A DNA stretch of 64,000 nucleotides from Pseudomonadales bacterium (GTDB lineage Bacteria > Patescibacteriota > Microgenomatia > UBA1400 > PJMF01): NCBI GenBank assembly GCA_020632255.1, contig JACKFX010000003.1, forward strand, positions 48,119 through 112,118. Reading direction: 5' to 3'. Both the position numbers and the translations under genes were made by a program. Below the pieces are notes generated by a model that searched no databases, was not told the origin of the DNA, and saw nothing but the letters and a program-made list of their open reading frames with translations. Each line of letters opens with the position of its first letter. Position 1 is the first letter of the stretch. This document shows positions 17,301 to 27,300 of this stretch, piece after piece.

Positions 17301-19416
17301 CTGGATCTGACTGCGAAAACAAAAAAGTGGGAGTTGTATCATTGCTACGTTGACTATCAATAAAAACTGATGTTCCGGGGATAATAGGATCACTTGGATT
17401 GGCATTGAGTACAACGGAAAAGTCGGTTTCAGACTCAGCGTTCTCTCCATACACAATCCATTGAGAGCAATAATCTGACGAATTACACACCCGTGATTGC
17501 CAATGGTAGTTTGTTAAGTCTTCTAATCCTGACACAGTGACCGAGCCCACGACGGGGGTGTCGACATAACTCGTTTCAGGGCTGGTATGAGTAGCAGTAT
17601 CGGTGAATGCATCGCCCACTACTCTAACTTCGAACTCTGCGTATAGTTGATCGGAAGAATCTGGGTCGCTCATCAAAACCTCAAGAACTATTGAGTCTTC
17701 ATGGACCTGGCCACCAACTTCAATTTCTGAATCTTCAGAATCCAATTGGGTTGATGATCCGGGCTTAGAGGGAAGACCACTTAAGAAGAATGTGCCATCT
17801 TCTCCCACATATAATGGGTTGGAGTGCGTTCCAGCAGCAACCGAAAATGATCCCAAAAATTCATTGATGTGGCTAATAATTGAAACTCTTCCGCCTCCTC
17901 CAGAACCGCCAACTCCGTTTGAATTGCCCCCTTTCGCTGAAATTGATCCCGATCCAGATAACACTCCGTGGGCCAATAACCACAAGCTACCTCCAGCTCC
18001 TGCTCCATTTTCACTCGTATTTTCTCCACCGTCGGCCGCAAGCGTCCCATTAATAGTGAGTTGATCGTAGGCAGTAATTTTAATTGCGCCACCACCCCGA
18101 CCAGTAGTTATTGTAGAACTTTGACCAAAGGCACCGCCGCTACCCAAAGTAATTGGACTTATTTCAGACCCATAAGTTATACCGCCATACACTGTAGAAC
18201 CACTTGATCCCTGAGTGTTTCCTCCTTTGCCCCCGTGACCTCCACCACCTCCAGTATATCGAGTTCGAACTCCTCCAGCTCCTGGTCCTTTTGCAATTTC
18301 ATATCCTAATCCGGTACTGGTAAGAGTACTTCCAGAATCAATGGTTAGAGTATCGACAGTAATATCCCAACCATAGCCGCTTTCATCTACTTGATCTGTG
18401 TTTTTTGAGGCTAGTTGCAAGGTACTATTGTTTGTAACTAGAATACTCGTAATGGTGGGAAATGTATCTCTAAAATACGTGTAAGAATCTGGATACCACT
18501 TTTGTGAGTTTCGAATGTTGAGTGAGTTATCATCGGTATCAAGCACTATGGCGGTACCATTTGTGCCAGAATACAGAGCATTTGAAGTATTCACACCACC
18601 TGTTGCCACCAAAGTCAATGTATCCGAAAATGAAGCCGTTTCTAAGACTATCCTCCCTCCTGCTCCAGCACCAGAACCACCCGTTGCTCCACCTCCCACT
18701 GACGAAATCGTTCCCGATCCACCAACAGCAGCATCCCCAACAATCCAGATACTACCTCCCGAACCAGCACCGCCCCATTGTGTGCCCGCTCCTCCATTTG
18801 TAGAAATCAATCCATCAACTACCACATCTCCTGCAGAAACTATTTTAATCGCTCCTCCTCCTGAACCTCCGGCAGGAGTGCCTTGACCAATGCCGCCTCC
18901 ACTTCCCAAATCTATGGGGGCAATCAAAGAACCATATATAATCCCTCCCAATGATATGTTGCCGTTTCCCCCTGTGCCTCCATATCCACCTCCTGCGCCA
19001 CTATATTGCCCCGTCCTGTTTCCACCAACTCCCGGACCATAAGTAAATGGGTAACCCTGAGCATCTGCCGCTAGTATGCCCCCAGATTCCACAGTGAGCG
19101 CTCCCACTTGCAGTGTCACGCCAAAATCATCGTCGTAATTAGTGTCTCCAGTTTCGTAGCTCTCCAATGTTACCGTAGTCCCTGAAGTAATATGTAATTC
19201 AACACTTGAACAATCAAAAATGCCGGAATTTGCTAATGAAGCAGATATAGATCGATTGGTATTAATCAAAATCGTGCCATTTACAGTAGAATCACCATCA
19301 CCGAATCCACCATCAACATAAGGACACGACACCGCACTTACTTGAGAAACAAAAAAAAGACGCAAGAACGAAATCGCGCTTAGACTCAAGAAAAGTCCTA
19401 CTTTCAGCTTATTCAT
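14371..19416 (-). CDS. giant secreted surface protein (1681 aa): signal peptide, two Gly-rich ~270-aa repeat modules, then Ig/FN3-like beta-rich domains
   Basis: N-terminal MNKLKVGLFLSLSAISFLRLFFVSQVSAVS. There are internally duplicated blocks (..GGGYGGTGGNGNISLGGIIYGS..GGGAIKIVSAGD.. versus ..GGGGGHGGKGGNTQG..GGITYGS..GGGAIKITAYDQ..). The long S/T-rich C-terminal two thirds has repeated YYWRV / YYFK beta-sandwich-like units. Confidence 0.75.
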   Translation of the reverse strand: MNKLKVGLFLSLSAISFLRLFFVSQVSAVSCPYVDGGFGDGDSTVNGTILINTNRSISASLANSGIFDCSSVELHITSGTTVTLESYETGDTNYDDDFGVTLQVGALTVESGGILAADAQGYPFTYGPGVGGNRTGQYSGAGGGYGGTGGNGNISLGGIIYGSLIAPIDLGSGGGIGQGTPAGGSGGGAIKIVSAGDVVVDGLISTNGGAGTQWGGAGSGGSIWIVGDAAVGGSGTISSVGGGATGGSGAGAGGRIVLETASFSDTLTLVATGGVNTSNALYSGTNGTAIVLDTDDNSLNIRNSQKWYPDSYTYFRDTFPTITSILVTNNSTLQLASKNTDQVDESGYGWDITVDTLTIDSGSTLTSTGLGYEIAKGPGAGGVRTRYTGGGGGHGGKGGNTQGSSGSTVYGGITYGSEISPITLGSGGAFGQSSTITTGRGGGAIKITAYDQLTINGTLAADGGENTSENGAGAGGSLWLLAHGVLSGSGSISAKGGNSNGVGGSGGGGRVSIISHINEFLGSFSVAAGTHSNPLYVGEDGTFFLSGLPSKPGSSTQLDSEDSEIEVGGQVHEDSIVLEVLMSDPDSSDQLYAEFEVRVVGDAFTDTATHTSPETSYVDTPVVGSVTVSGLEDLTNYHWQSRVCNSSDYCSQWIVYGENAESETDFSVVLNANPSDPIIPGTSVFIDSQRSNDTTPTFLFSQSDPDSENQVKYQIQVADTADFSSVVIDFTGSLMLQGSASFTVGQNAGSGTYAVGSAGQTLAEGDYYWRVKTIDENDAESAWVDASGDPAFAIDTTSPTNVVTTNMKAYAAHPTTHTDDSSVVWFSRSDIYFSWITNGDTSGLKGYCLYLGTDPDGDPSTQKGLLGASPVSTTGSNCQFIIDDNSVDFSNTALRGNTWLSSSSEPYYFKIRPIDTANNAGQNDTASSTFSFYFDGTSPNNVKTISASSGSVSSIADMNFYWPISGPQAASDAGSGILGYQYAVNSTDTWRGIITDVTTGYEYIATDSAQPFSLNASVVGDDIIVGSNVLYFRTVDRAGNASAFTTAPLEYGGEAPAFDSSAVVTITPSTNTENMYSFNWPDATPSDGRTITNYYYMINTAPPALYQTITSNSATYVPTTQTSISTTSLSNVRKGSNTIYVVAVDDNQNYSQSNYIYGNFTLDSSLPDAPQSLVVSDASVKTASLWRASLAWSSPDYRGTGDLTYTIQRSNDANSWTDIDSTSGLAFLDTLSTSSLYYWRVAATDSSDESIASPSYSNAVSLIPKGAYTEPAELTSGPAASSITTKRATITWTTARTSDSKVSIGTSSGNYEDEETSNSTQVSEHTINLINLEPGKTYYYKTKWTDEDGNTGESEEKSFQTNPAPLVKDVVVKNIGIDSALIEFTTVGASAANISYGKSTSFGGIETIATSSLETTYAIQLSDLDDGTKYYFKIDTEDSEADTYAGTILDFETLPRPEVSNVRVQQVANTAQSSIRVTWESNTPISSIITFYPESNPEYARDAVDIELLDGEHEMIVPGLLPETSYILIVKGRDRIGNEAVSDNLRFTTATDTRPPRITDLTVEGTNVPQVNTTAQESNSQLVVTWTTDEPATSQVEFGDGTGVSYSQTTQEDRTLTYNHLVIVSGLTPSKVYHLRAISRDSANNESRSIDTVTITPKATDNAFDLVITNLREVFGFLNGL

Positions 19417-21355
19417 ATCTCAATGCATTCAATGCAGAAATTTTCGTGGCCCTATATGCCGGATAAACTCCTGTTACTACTCCTACTAAAAATGATAGCA
19501 AAAGAATCGATACAGTAAAAGGCAGGGGGATATTAACAATAGTAATTGGACCGATCCCTTTTACAATCGAAAACAGAGATAAGGCGATCTCTAAGATTTT
19601 TCCTGATACAAATCCTAGCGCTAAACCGATAATACCTCCTAATGAACCCATTAAGATTGATTCAGCAAAAAACAAATCTTTTACCTCAGATGATTTCATA
19701 CCCATGGCCTTGAGAAGCCCTACTTCGCGCGTCCTTTCAATAAGCGAGACGGTCAAAGTATTAAACATACCCAAAGTTGAAATTGATAAAGCTACAAATC
19801 CTAAAACTCCCATGATTACACGCACAGATGAAAATAAACTCTCTATTTGAGCCACAGTATCAACCACCGAAAAAGTATTGAAACCAAGTGCCTCAATTTT
19901 TTGGCGAATAGCAGATAAATCACTCTCGTCGTGGGCAACTATTTTGATCTGTGAAAAATTTTGAACTCCAAGTGAACGGATATCAACAAAAGGTACATAA
20001 AAAAGTGGTGTTTTATTGTCTGGAGTAACACCAATTACTGTATAGGTAATTGGTTCTGATTGAATTTTTTGCTCATTAGAATCAAGTAAAATGCCCGTTA
20101 CAACGAAAGTTACTTCAAATGTTTTGCCTAGAATCTCATTTTCAGGGATTTGAAGCAATTCTAAGAATGCTCTATTTACTACTGCCTCGTTTTCACCTTG
20201 CGCCATTTGTACAATAGTTACGTTTTGGACTTCGGGTAAGTCATCCTGTAATGACACCCAATCTGAGTTTGTAACATCAATGGTATTTCCAAGTACACGA
20301 TTATCAAATTGAGTAATTTCAACAGTAATTTTAGCAATATATCCATCTGCATACACTTGGTTACCCTCATTATCTAGCAATGGCAGATATTCATCATTTT
20401 CTTGTTGCCACAACGGCACTTTCACCTTTAGCCAAAGACCCAACTGCGAACCATCGGGTCGCACACCCAGTTTTCCATTTCCATCATTATCAATATATGA
20501 ATCACCCCAAATCTCAGTACCCTTAATCTCTCCAATTTCATTATTGATATATCCCAAAATTTTGCCATTCTTGCTTGCTTGGTCACGCACTATAAGCCAG
20601 GTATCTGGTCCAACCCTAAAAGTGACGTCGGCTACTTTGTCTCCAAGTTCCGCTACGACTGCTTTTTTTTGTTCGGATTCTAGAGCAGTTTCAGTTGTTT
20701 TGGTTGAACTACTAACCGTTTCGTTATTTTCAAAAATCCTACCAATAACAGGCTTAATTGCAGATTGTTGTAGGTAATCTTTTGTGACTCCGTACACTGC
20801 CATATCAGTTCCAGAATTATTGTAGTTAACTTTTCCCACCACATTAATTACTGGCAAAACCTGATCAACGCCATCAATACCCTGAAAAGTAGCGATTGTT
20901 TCATCATTCAGCTTGATTTTACTACCTGGAGCTGTAGTCACATCAGACTGTTTTAATTCATCAAGCCGTGCGACTCTATTAACAACTAAAGACTGTAGCC
21001 CATAGCCAATTGAGATAAGAAATACGATGACGGAGATGCCGATCATCATTCCTCCTACAGTAATGTATGTTCTCGCTTTTTTCGAGAGCATATTTTGCAT
21101 GGCTAACTCGATTAAATCAAATCTTCTTGGACTTTTAGCTGCTGGTTTGTCAATCTTGGAAATAAGAAATAAAAGTTTTTTTGAAAGCTGTGTAAAAAAA
21201 CTTTTTGCTTTTGGAAACTGTATGCTACTCTTGTTTACTATAAAAAGAGCAAAATAAAGATAGACGAGTGCAAAGAACGAAGCGAACTTCTGTGCCTCAA
21301 TAGCCAGTTTTTTTGAATGGTAAAGTAAGGTAGTAAATAATCGTTTTTGCTTCAC
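19409..21355 (-). CDS. MacB/FtsX-family ABC transporter permease with large extracytoplasmic domain
   Basis: The C-terminal FtsX-type 4-TM region (..LLKAMGMKSSEVKDLFFAESILMGSLGGIIGLALGFV..) follows a ~300-aa periplasmic domain after TM1. The start is uncertain (ORF-track start 21355; the internal MQNMLSKKARTYITVGG at ~21103 is also plausible). It overlaps the giant gene start by 8 bp. Confidence 0.7.
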   Translation of the reverse strand: MKQKRLFTTLLYHSKKLAIEAQKFASFFALVYLYFALFIVNKSSIQFPKAKSFFTQLSKKLLFLISKIDKPAAKSPRRFDLIELAMQNMLSKKARTYITVGGMMIGISVIVFLISIGYGLQSLVVNRVARLDELKQSDVTTAPGSKIKLNDETIATFQGIDGVDQVLPVINVVGKVNYNNSGTDMAVYGVTKDYLQQSAIKPVIGRIFENNETVSSSTKTTETALESEQKKAVVAELGDKVADVTFRVGPDTWLIVRDQASKNGKILGYINNEIGEIKGTEIWGDSYIDNDGNGKLGVRPDGSQLGLWLKVKVPLWQQENDEYLPLLDNEGNQVYADGYIAKITVEITQFDNRVLGNTIDVTNSDWVSLQDDLPEVQNVTIVQMAQGENEAVVNRAFLELLQIPENEILGKTFEVTFVVTGILLDSNEQKIQSEPITYTVIGVTPDNKTPLFYVPFVDIRSLGVQNFSQIKIVAHDESDLSAIRQKIEALGFNTFSVVDTVAQIESLFSSVRVIMGVLGFVALSISTLGMFNTLTVSLIERTREVGLLKAMGMKSSEVKDLFFAESILMGSLGGIIGLALGFVSGKILEIALSLFSIVKGIGPITIVNIPLPFTVSILLLSFLVGVVTGVYPAYRATKISALNALRYE

Positions 21356-21362
21356 ATATCCC

Positions 21363-22079
21363 TCAATTTTCTATATCTTTTTGTGCAGGTTTTGTTTTTC
21401 TTGTATCTTTGGCGAGCATGCCATCAATAACCTTGAGTGAGATATCGGCATACTGTAAATAACTGAGGTCGTGGGTGACCATCAATACAGTTTTTCCGAG
21501 TGTTTTGGAAAGATTCTTTAGCATTTTCATCAGCTCTTGTCCCGAATCAAAGTCTAGATTTCCAGTGGGTTCATCTGCAATAATGATTTCTGGATCAGTT
21601 ATTAAGGCTCGAGCAAGTGAAACTTTTTGTTGTTGTCCGCTTGAAAGCTCAGATGGATGATGATACGCCCAAGCTTGCATCTTAAACATTTCGAGCGTTT
21701 GCATGGCTTTTTTTAATCTATTCTCTGTATCTTCGCCCAAAAGGAGTAGTGGTAAAGAAACGTTAGTAAGTACATTTACTGATTTTACCCAGTGTGATTG
21801 CTGATACACCATCCCGACATGTTCTTTGCGATACTCCGATCTAGCATCCTCAGTTAGATGAGCGTATATATCACGACCCAGCATGGTTACGGTCCCTGCT
21901 GTCGGTTCTTCTAGTCCCAAAATCGTGTGTAGTAGGGTTGACTTTCCAGAGCCTGATGGACCAAAAATAATCGCAAACTGACCCTGAGAAATACTAAAAT
22001 CGATCCCACGTAACACTGGTACTAGTTGCTGTCCAACTAAAAACGACTTTTTGATTCCCTGTACTTGGATGCTTGTCAT
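21363..22079 (-). CDS. ABC transporter ATP-binding protein (MacB/LolD-like)
   Basis: Walker A GPSGSGKSTLL, signature LSSGQQQKVSLARAL, Walker B IIIADEPTGNLD. Confidence 0.85.
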   Translation of the reverse strand: MTSIQVQGIKKSFLVGQQLVPVLRGIDFSISQGQFAIIFGPSGSGKSTLLHTILGLEEPTAGTVTMLGRDIYAHLTEDARSEYRKEHVGMVYQQSHWVKSVNVLTNVSLPLLLLGEDTENRLKKAMQTLEMFKMQAWAYHHPSELSSGQQQKVSLARALITDPEIIIADEPTGNLDFDSGQELMKMLKNLSKTLGKTVLMVTHDLSYLQYADISLKVIDGMLAKDTRKTKPAQKDIEN

Positions 22080-22438
22080 GATGTGTATATCCTACATACT
22101 ACACTAAAATCACTGATTTTAAAAAGAGAAAAGAAATCTACAGCGTTTCTAGCGTACAAGATAGCTTCTAGCGATACAGCATAAACTCTTTTCTACAGTT
22201 AGTTTCCCAGAAAATGGTAATCTTGTCAAAAAAAACACTCGAACAGACTCCTTCCAAATTACTGTAAAAATCTAAAAAAAGAAGTTTACTTCTTTTTGCA
22301 TGCTTCGCTTGCAATGCGCCCGCACAAAAAGAGCTGGTGCGGTTCGTGCTCAGGGCACTATGGCTGGAGGATCGTATCCAGCTATGAGAAGTTCGAAAAA
22401 ATGATCATTAGATTGTTGGCTGGACAGTGACCAATTAG

Positions 22439-22720
22439 ATGAAGGATTATACCTTCAAATTACCTGTAAATACGAGTGTCTCTGATTTGACAGTGGTATT
22501 TACAAATGATTACTATAATCCAGACACCGGTCAAAACCGTACACTCGAGTTTGATTACCTTAAGATTGGCAACAAAGTGTACCTGTCTGAAGTAGTTGCA
22601 ACGTACTCCAATGGAAGTTGTGGAGGGAGGCAATCGTATTTTCGCTGTTATTTTGAAAAAACACTATTGTGCACACATATGCAACCTAGAAGAGAATTTC
22701 CAGCCACTTTTCTTGGTTAG
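22439..22720 (+). CDS. hypothetical small protein (possible domain fragment)
   Basis: 93-aa ORF with no signal peptide. It overlaps the ftsB 3' end convergently by 35 bp. Weak call. Confidence 0.2.
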   Translation: MKDYTFKLPVNTSVSDLTVVFTNDYYNPDTGQNRTLEFDYLKIGNKVYLSEVVATYSNGSCGGRQSYFRCYFEKTLLCTHMQPRREFPATFLG

Positions 22721-23042
22721 AACGGCGATCTTGGGGTGTTATTTCCCTATCACTACTAGGCGTTTCTGGTACTGTAAGCTGAACAACATACTCACCTTCT
22801 TTTTGAAGAAGTAATTGGTCTCTGATAATCTTTTCCTTATATTCTGGGCTTTTTGAGTACTCGAGCTCAGTTTGAAGATCTTGGACTTCTTTTGATAAAT
22901 TGTATGCTTTTTCCTCGAGTTTAGAGATTTCAGAGGTAGATTGTTTAGAGCGTTGTCCTGTCTGGCGAAGTGAGACAATAAGTAAGATAACAATGGCAGA
23001 GATAGCAACAATAGTGATTGGATGTTCTAGGGTTTTTGCCAT
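22686..23042 (-). CDS. septum formation initiator FtsB/DivIC-family protein
   Basis: N-terminal TM helix, then a coiled coil, then ..EKIIRDQLLLQKEGEYVVQ.., which resembles the DivIC/FtsB C-terminal motif (ARe.LgmvkpgE). Confidence 0.5.
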   Translation of the reverse strand: MAKTLEHPITIVAISAIVILLIVSLRQTGQRSKQSTSEISKLEEKAYNLSKEVQDLQTELEYSKSPEYKEKIIRDQLLLQKEGEYVVQLTVPETPSSDREITPQDRRSNQEKWLEILF

Positions 23043-23192
23043 TGCAATAAGTCCAGCCTCATGATATTATAAGATACCTCTGAAACTAGAGAGTATTTTT
23101 ATGCCGATTAAAGAAAGCAAAAATTACTCATACAGAGAATACCTAAGTATAGCAAAGTATAAAAGAAATTAGAAATAAGAGGCACACTGTTT

Positions 23193-24059
23193 ATGCAAAA
23201 GACACTAACTGATGCACATGCGCTTTTTACTCAGCATCTTAAAGATTCTGGGAAGGCTCATGCTACTGTAATCGCATATAGTAAAGATATTGAGCAATTG
23301 GTTGAGTTTGTTGGAAAAAAGGGCAAAGGAACAATTGATGAGGTTTCTGACACTGATATCAACGAGTTCAAGGAATTACTCAAGAAACAACGCTACACTG
23401 GAAAATCTATTTCAAGAAAAATTAACTCAATTAAAGCCTTCTTTAGATTTTGTATTGGTCAAGGAATGATCAATGATAACCCCGCTGAAGTAATTACACA
23501 TCCAAAATATGAATTGACACCTCCTCGAGTATTATCTCGCATTGAGTATCGCGCGCTTCGTGATGCTTGCCGCGGCGACGCTCGTATGTACGCTGTTGTT
23601 GAGCTCTTGCTCCAAACTGGTATGCGTATTTCTGAGTTAGCAGCTCTCCAAATCGGAGATGTTGATTTTGATCGTAAGGTTTTAATCATTAAAGCTCAAA
23701 ATTCTCGAGAAGCACGCAAAGTTCCTTTGAATGAAGCTGCAAAAGAGGCCATCATGGACTATCTCCAAGTTCGCCCTCGTGCACGAGAAAAGACTGTTTT
23801 CCTTACAAAAACATGTCGACCATTCTTAGTTCGCAACATTCGTACTGCTATTGATCGTTATTTCCGCTTAGCTGGTATCAAAGATGCTAAAGTCAATGAC
23901 CTCCGTCACACCTTCATCGTCGAACAGCTCAAGGCTGGAACTCCACTTGTGTATGTTTCACAATTGGTTGGTCACAAGAGAATTACCACTACTGAGAAAT
24001 ACTTGAAGCTTATCGAAGCTCCAGAAATGACTCCTAACGTTCGAATTGAAGAGTTATAA
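23193..24059 (+). CDS. tyrosine site-specific recombinase (XerC/XerD/phage-integrase family)
   Basis: ..LLLQTGMRISELAALQIGDVD.. (catalytic R), ..LRHTFIVEQLKAGTPLVYVSQLVGHKRITTTEKYLKL (H-x-x-R ... Y catalytic residues). Confidence 0.75.
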   Translation: MQKTLTDAHALFTQHLKDSGKAHATVIAYSKDIEQLVEFVGKKGKGTIDEVSDTDINEFKELLKKQRYTGKSISRKINSIKAFFRFCIGQGMINDNPAEVITHPKYELTPPRVLSRIEYRALRDACRGDARMYAVVELLLQTGMRISELAALQIGDVDFDRKVLIIKAQNSREARKVPLNEAAKEAIMDYLQVRPRAREKTVFLTKTCRPFLVRNIRTAIDRYFRLAGIKDAKVNDLRHTFIVEQLKAGTPLVYVSQLVGHKRITTTEKYLKLIEAPEMTPNVRIEEL

Positions 24060-24087
24060 GATTTATTGTTCAGAATTGAAACAAAAG

Positions 24088-24113
24088 ATGCCGTGCTCTG
24101 CGCGGCATTTTTG
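24088..24113 (+). terminator. rho-independent terminator after recombinase gene
   Basis: ATGCCG-tgctctgcg-CGGCAT followed by TTTTT. Confidence 0.5.
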
Positions 24114-24306
24114 ATATTAAACTGAGCCAACCTCAACAAAATTGATACATTGTTAATTTTGATGTGTCATTTCTCAGACACTGTGTTTCACAGTCATTGT
24201 GATATAGTGGTATTGTGTATTTTTGTCAGTGAAAAATTAATATTTAACTGTTTTTTAATTTGAAAGTCATCAAGAATTAAGATATATAAGATATATAAAT
24301 AAGTTT

Positions 24307-27300
24307 ATGAATGAAATTTTAAATTATTTAAATATTGGTGGAGCTCATAAAGAAAAAGAAAAGTCAGAGCTTCATGCCGAAGAAGCAGAGGCTTATGAGC
24401 GCTACAAGAAATTACGATCTCAATTTGGTGTTTCTGAAAATCAACCATATAACGCATTGGTAAAAAAACGAACATTGGATATTAGTTCATATATAAAATT
24501 TCATATACAAGAAACAGCTGCGAGTACACCAGCTGAAACAGACGAAGCATCTTTTGAGGATGAAATTGCAAGTGAAGAAGGATTAATTTCCCATTTACAC
24601 TCAGCTTTAGGAGAAGGATATAAAGCTTCTAGACAAGAACATGTCCAGAAATTGACAGAACTCGGTGTAGCATATGCAGATAAAGTGTTGCGTGTATATG
24701 AAAGAGGCTTAGTTTTTGCTCGAAATGGTGCTTATAAACTTGAATTTGATCAGGAAACAATTGATTCTGAGTTAGCAAAAACTATTTCTTATGATCTCGA
24801 TCAAATGTATGCTTTTTTGGAATCAGAACAATCAATTAACTTTTTAGGTAAGTGTGAAAATTTTCCACTCGCATACGATCGTGCAAGAGAATTGTTTGGG
24901 AAGAATGCTAATAAGCTTGATGCTCAAGACAAAAAAACACCTGCTTTGCTTAATCTTTTGGCTGGTGTACCCCAAGAAACATATCAAAAAAATCTCTCAG
25001 TTATTAAACAATACAGTTTTTTGTACCCTCCAGTTGCTGAAGGTACTTTTATAGAATTTTCTACCCCCTACATTGAGATATTAATGAATGGTATTACGGA
25101 AAGTGAGCAGATGACCTTTAATGCGGTCATGAAGATTGGCAAAATATTGGGTGACAAAAAACTAGTGGGTCACCCAATAGTTTCTAAAGGTCCAAAAGAA
25201 ATACTTGCATCTGAAGAAGATATTCTTAATGAACTTGAAACACTAGAAGTGTTGATATACTCCCTCAAAGACAACCCAGATTTGCTTGCAGCAGTTATGG
25301 AAGATCCGTCAACAGTTTATAGTAACTTAAAATCATTGAGAGGAGTTGCATTTTGGCAGGATTTTGTTGCAATTTTAGTAAAGTTAAGCGCTGATGGGTG
25401 GGGAGTAAATGTTGAGGATGCGTATGATTTGCTGAAAGCCGATAGGTCTGGAAAAAATCGAGTAGATTCTATATGCGGTAATATTCGAAAATCTAATTGG
25501 GCCAACAGCAGACTTTTTGATGCCGAGCAACGAGAGTACTGGCTTTTTTTGCAAGATATACGTTCTCAGGAGCGAGCTGAACAAAACATAATTTCAATTG
25601 ATGAAGTTGCTATGCTGCAATCATTCATACGTCCTGACACGTCAAACCTATTTTTCAACATTACTGAGATTATTATCCGAAATACTGAGGATCCATTTCA
25701 GAGAAAAGATGTATTTAATTTGTTGTGTGAGCAGAAGGATGGCTTAGGATTTGGAATACATGTAGATGAAGTATCTGCGTATCTAGATAGTATCGATGAA
25801 AAAACTGCAGATGAAGTTGATGCCCGTTTTATTAAAGTATGGCAACACTGTCAAAATAAAGGGATTCTTAATGTTGTGTTTTTCCCTGAATTTTTGTTTT
25901 CAGTTATGAACCGAGTTGATGAGCTCTTTGATGCCAATAACGAGCCCCTATACTTATTGTACTTTGAGTTCCTACAGTACGTTAAATCATTACCTTTAGA
26001 CTCAACGAGTCTTTTTAAAACAATACAAGATACTGTTCTCTCGAAAGAGGAACCATTCACTGAGCTTTCCAAGCTTGTAACTGATAATGTTGACACACAA
26101 TTTCTTGAAAATTTACAGTTATATGTTCGCGTCATCGAAATTTTTAAAGAAGAAAACATTAAAGACTGGAAAAATTATCATATCCAGTTTTTTGACTATT
26201 TGTTGCAAGTAGATGACAAGGAGGAAGTCCTTGCAGATATCAAGACAGTTTTAGCTAATTCAGACATTCCAGATTTTGCAAAAATATATCGTGTTTTCGA
26301 ACGTGTCTATTTACAAGAGGGTGTATCTAGCTATGGATCTCGATTTATTACCCAAGCCCCAGATGGTTTATCTGATGTTGTAGTTAGTCCCGAGCTTGAA
26401 AAGGCGAGTCAGAGAAAGAAAGCGTTTTTATTGTATACAGATTTGTTGCGGATTCATGTTGATTCAAATAATGACTCACTGCGGGCGTATCTTCGACTCT
26501 TTTCAGAAGTTCAGCAACTAATTGATACTTTAGAAACTGATGGAGTCGTATCTTTAGGCGAGAAAGATAAACTTCAATTGTTTAGAGTTTTTTCAAAGTA
26601 TGATGGGCTTTTTGGTCAGACAAAATTGCCTCAATTTGAGTTTGATTTGGGTACAATTAATCCTGAAGAAATAGACGATATTCTCATTCTTTCATTACAA
26701 AAATTATATGCACAGTTTGCTGTGCCCGATGGTATGCGTCTAAGTGATAGAGTTACTGAAATATTTGCACGTACTTTAGGGGTTAGTTCAATTGAAGAGC
26801 TATTAAATAGAATGGACACTGTAACAAAAGAATCTGACACAAAAAATCGTGCTCGAGTTGAGCAGGGCAGCTTTTCTTTTGAAACAGGTGATTTGTGCAC
26901 CTCTGTTAATGTTGATGAGTGTGCCGAAATTCTAGAAGATGGATTGACAGCCCCAGAATTTTTAAAGGAAAAAATTGCACGAAATCACTTGCTATTTAGT
27001 TTAGAGCTTCTTTCAATTGGGAATATTGAGGATAGAGACCAAAAGCAAATAAGCGCTGATCTTCAGCAAGAATTGCAACTTGGCAAAAATGATGTTGCGC
27101 TTGTTTTTACTGAAATAAATCAAGTGGTTTCTGATGAATCTGCTACAAAATCAAGAGCTAAGCATGAAGTCTTTGATATTGAACAAGCTGTTGGTATTGG
27201 CTCAGTGTTTGGTCGAAAGGGTGTTAGAACAGGCCTTTCATCCTCTGAATTATCAGCAATCCTTGTCACTCCATCTATGAGAGAGAATGGTCAAAAAATG

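Noticed and set aside
17792-18886. Plus-strand Pro-rich ORFs (17792..18064, 18515..18886, 18522..18803) within the giant minus-strand gene
   Set aside because: Their PPxP runs are the antisense reading of the GGN-rich Gly codons of the real gene. They have no independent start signals.
22290-22400. Hairpin-rich stretch (CCGCAC..GTGCGG; CTGGAGGATCGTATCCAG) upstream of the ABC operon as an ncRNA
   Set aside because: These are short imperfect stems with no recognisable family signature. They are more simply a promoter/leader region. This could not be resolved without a search.
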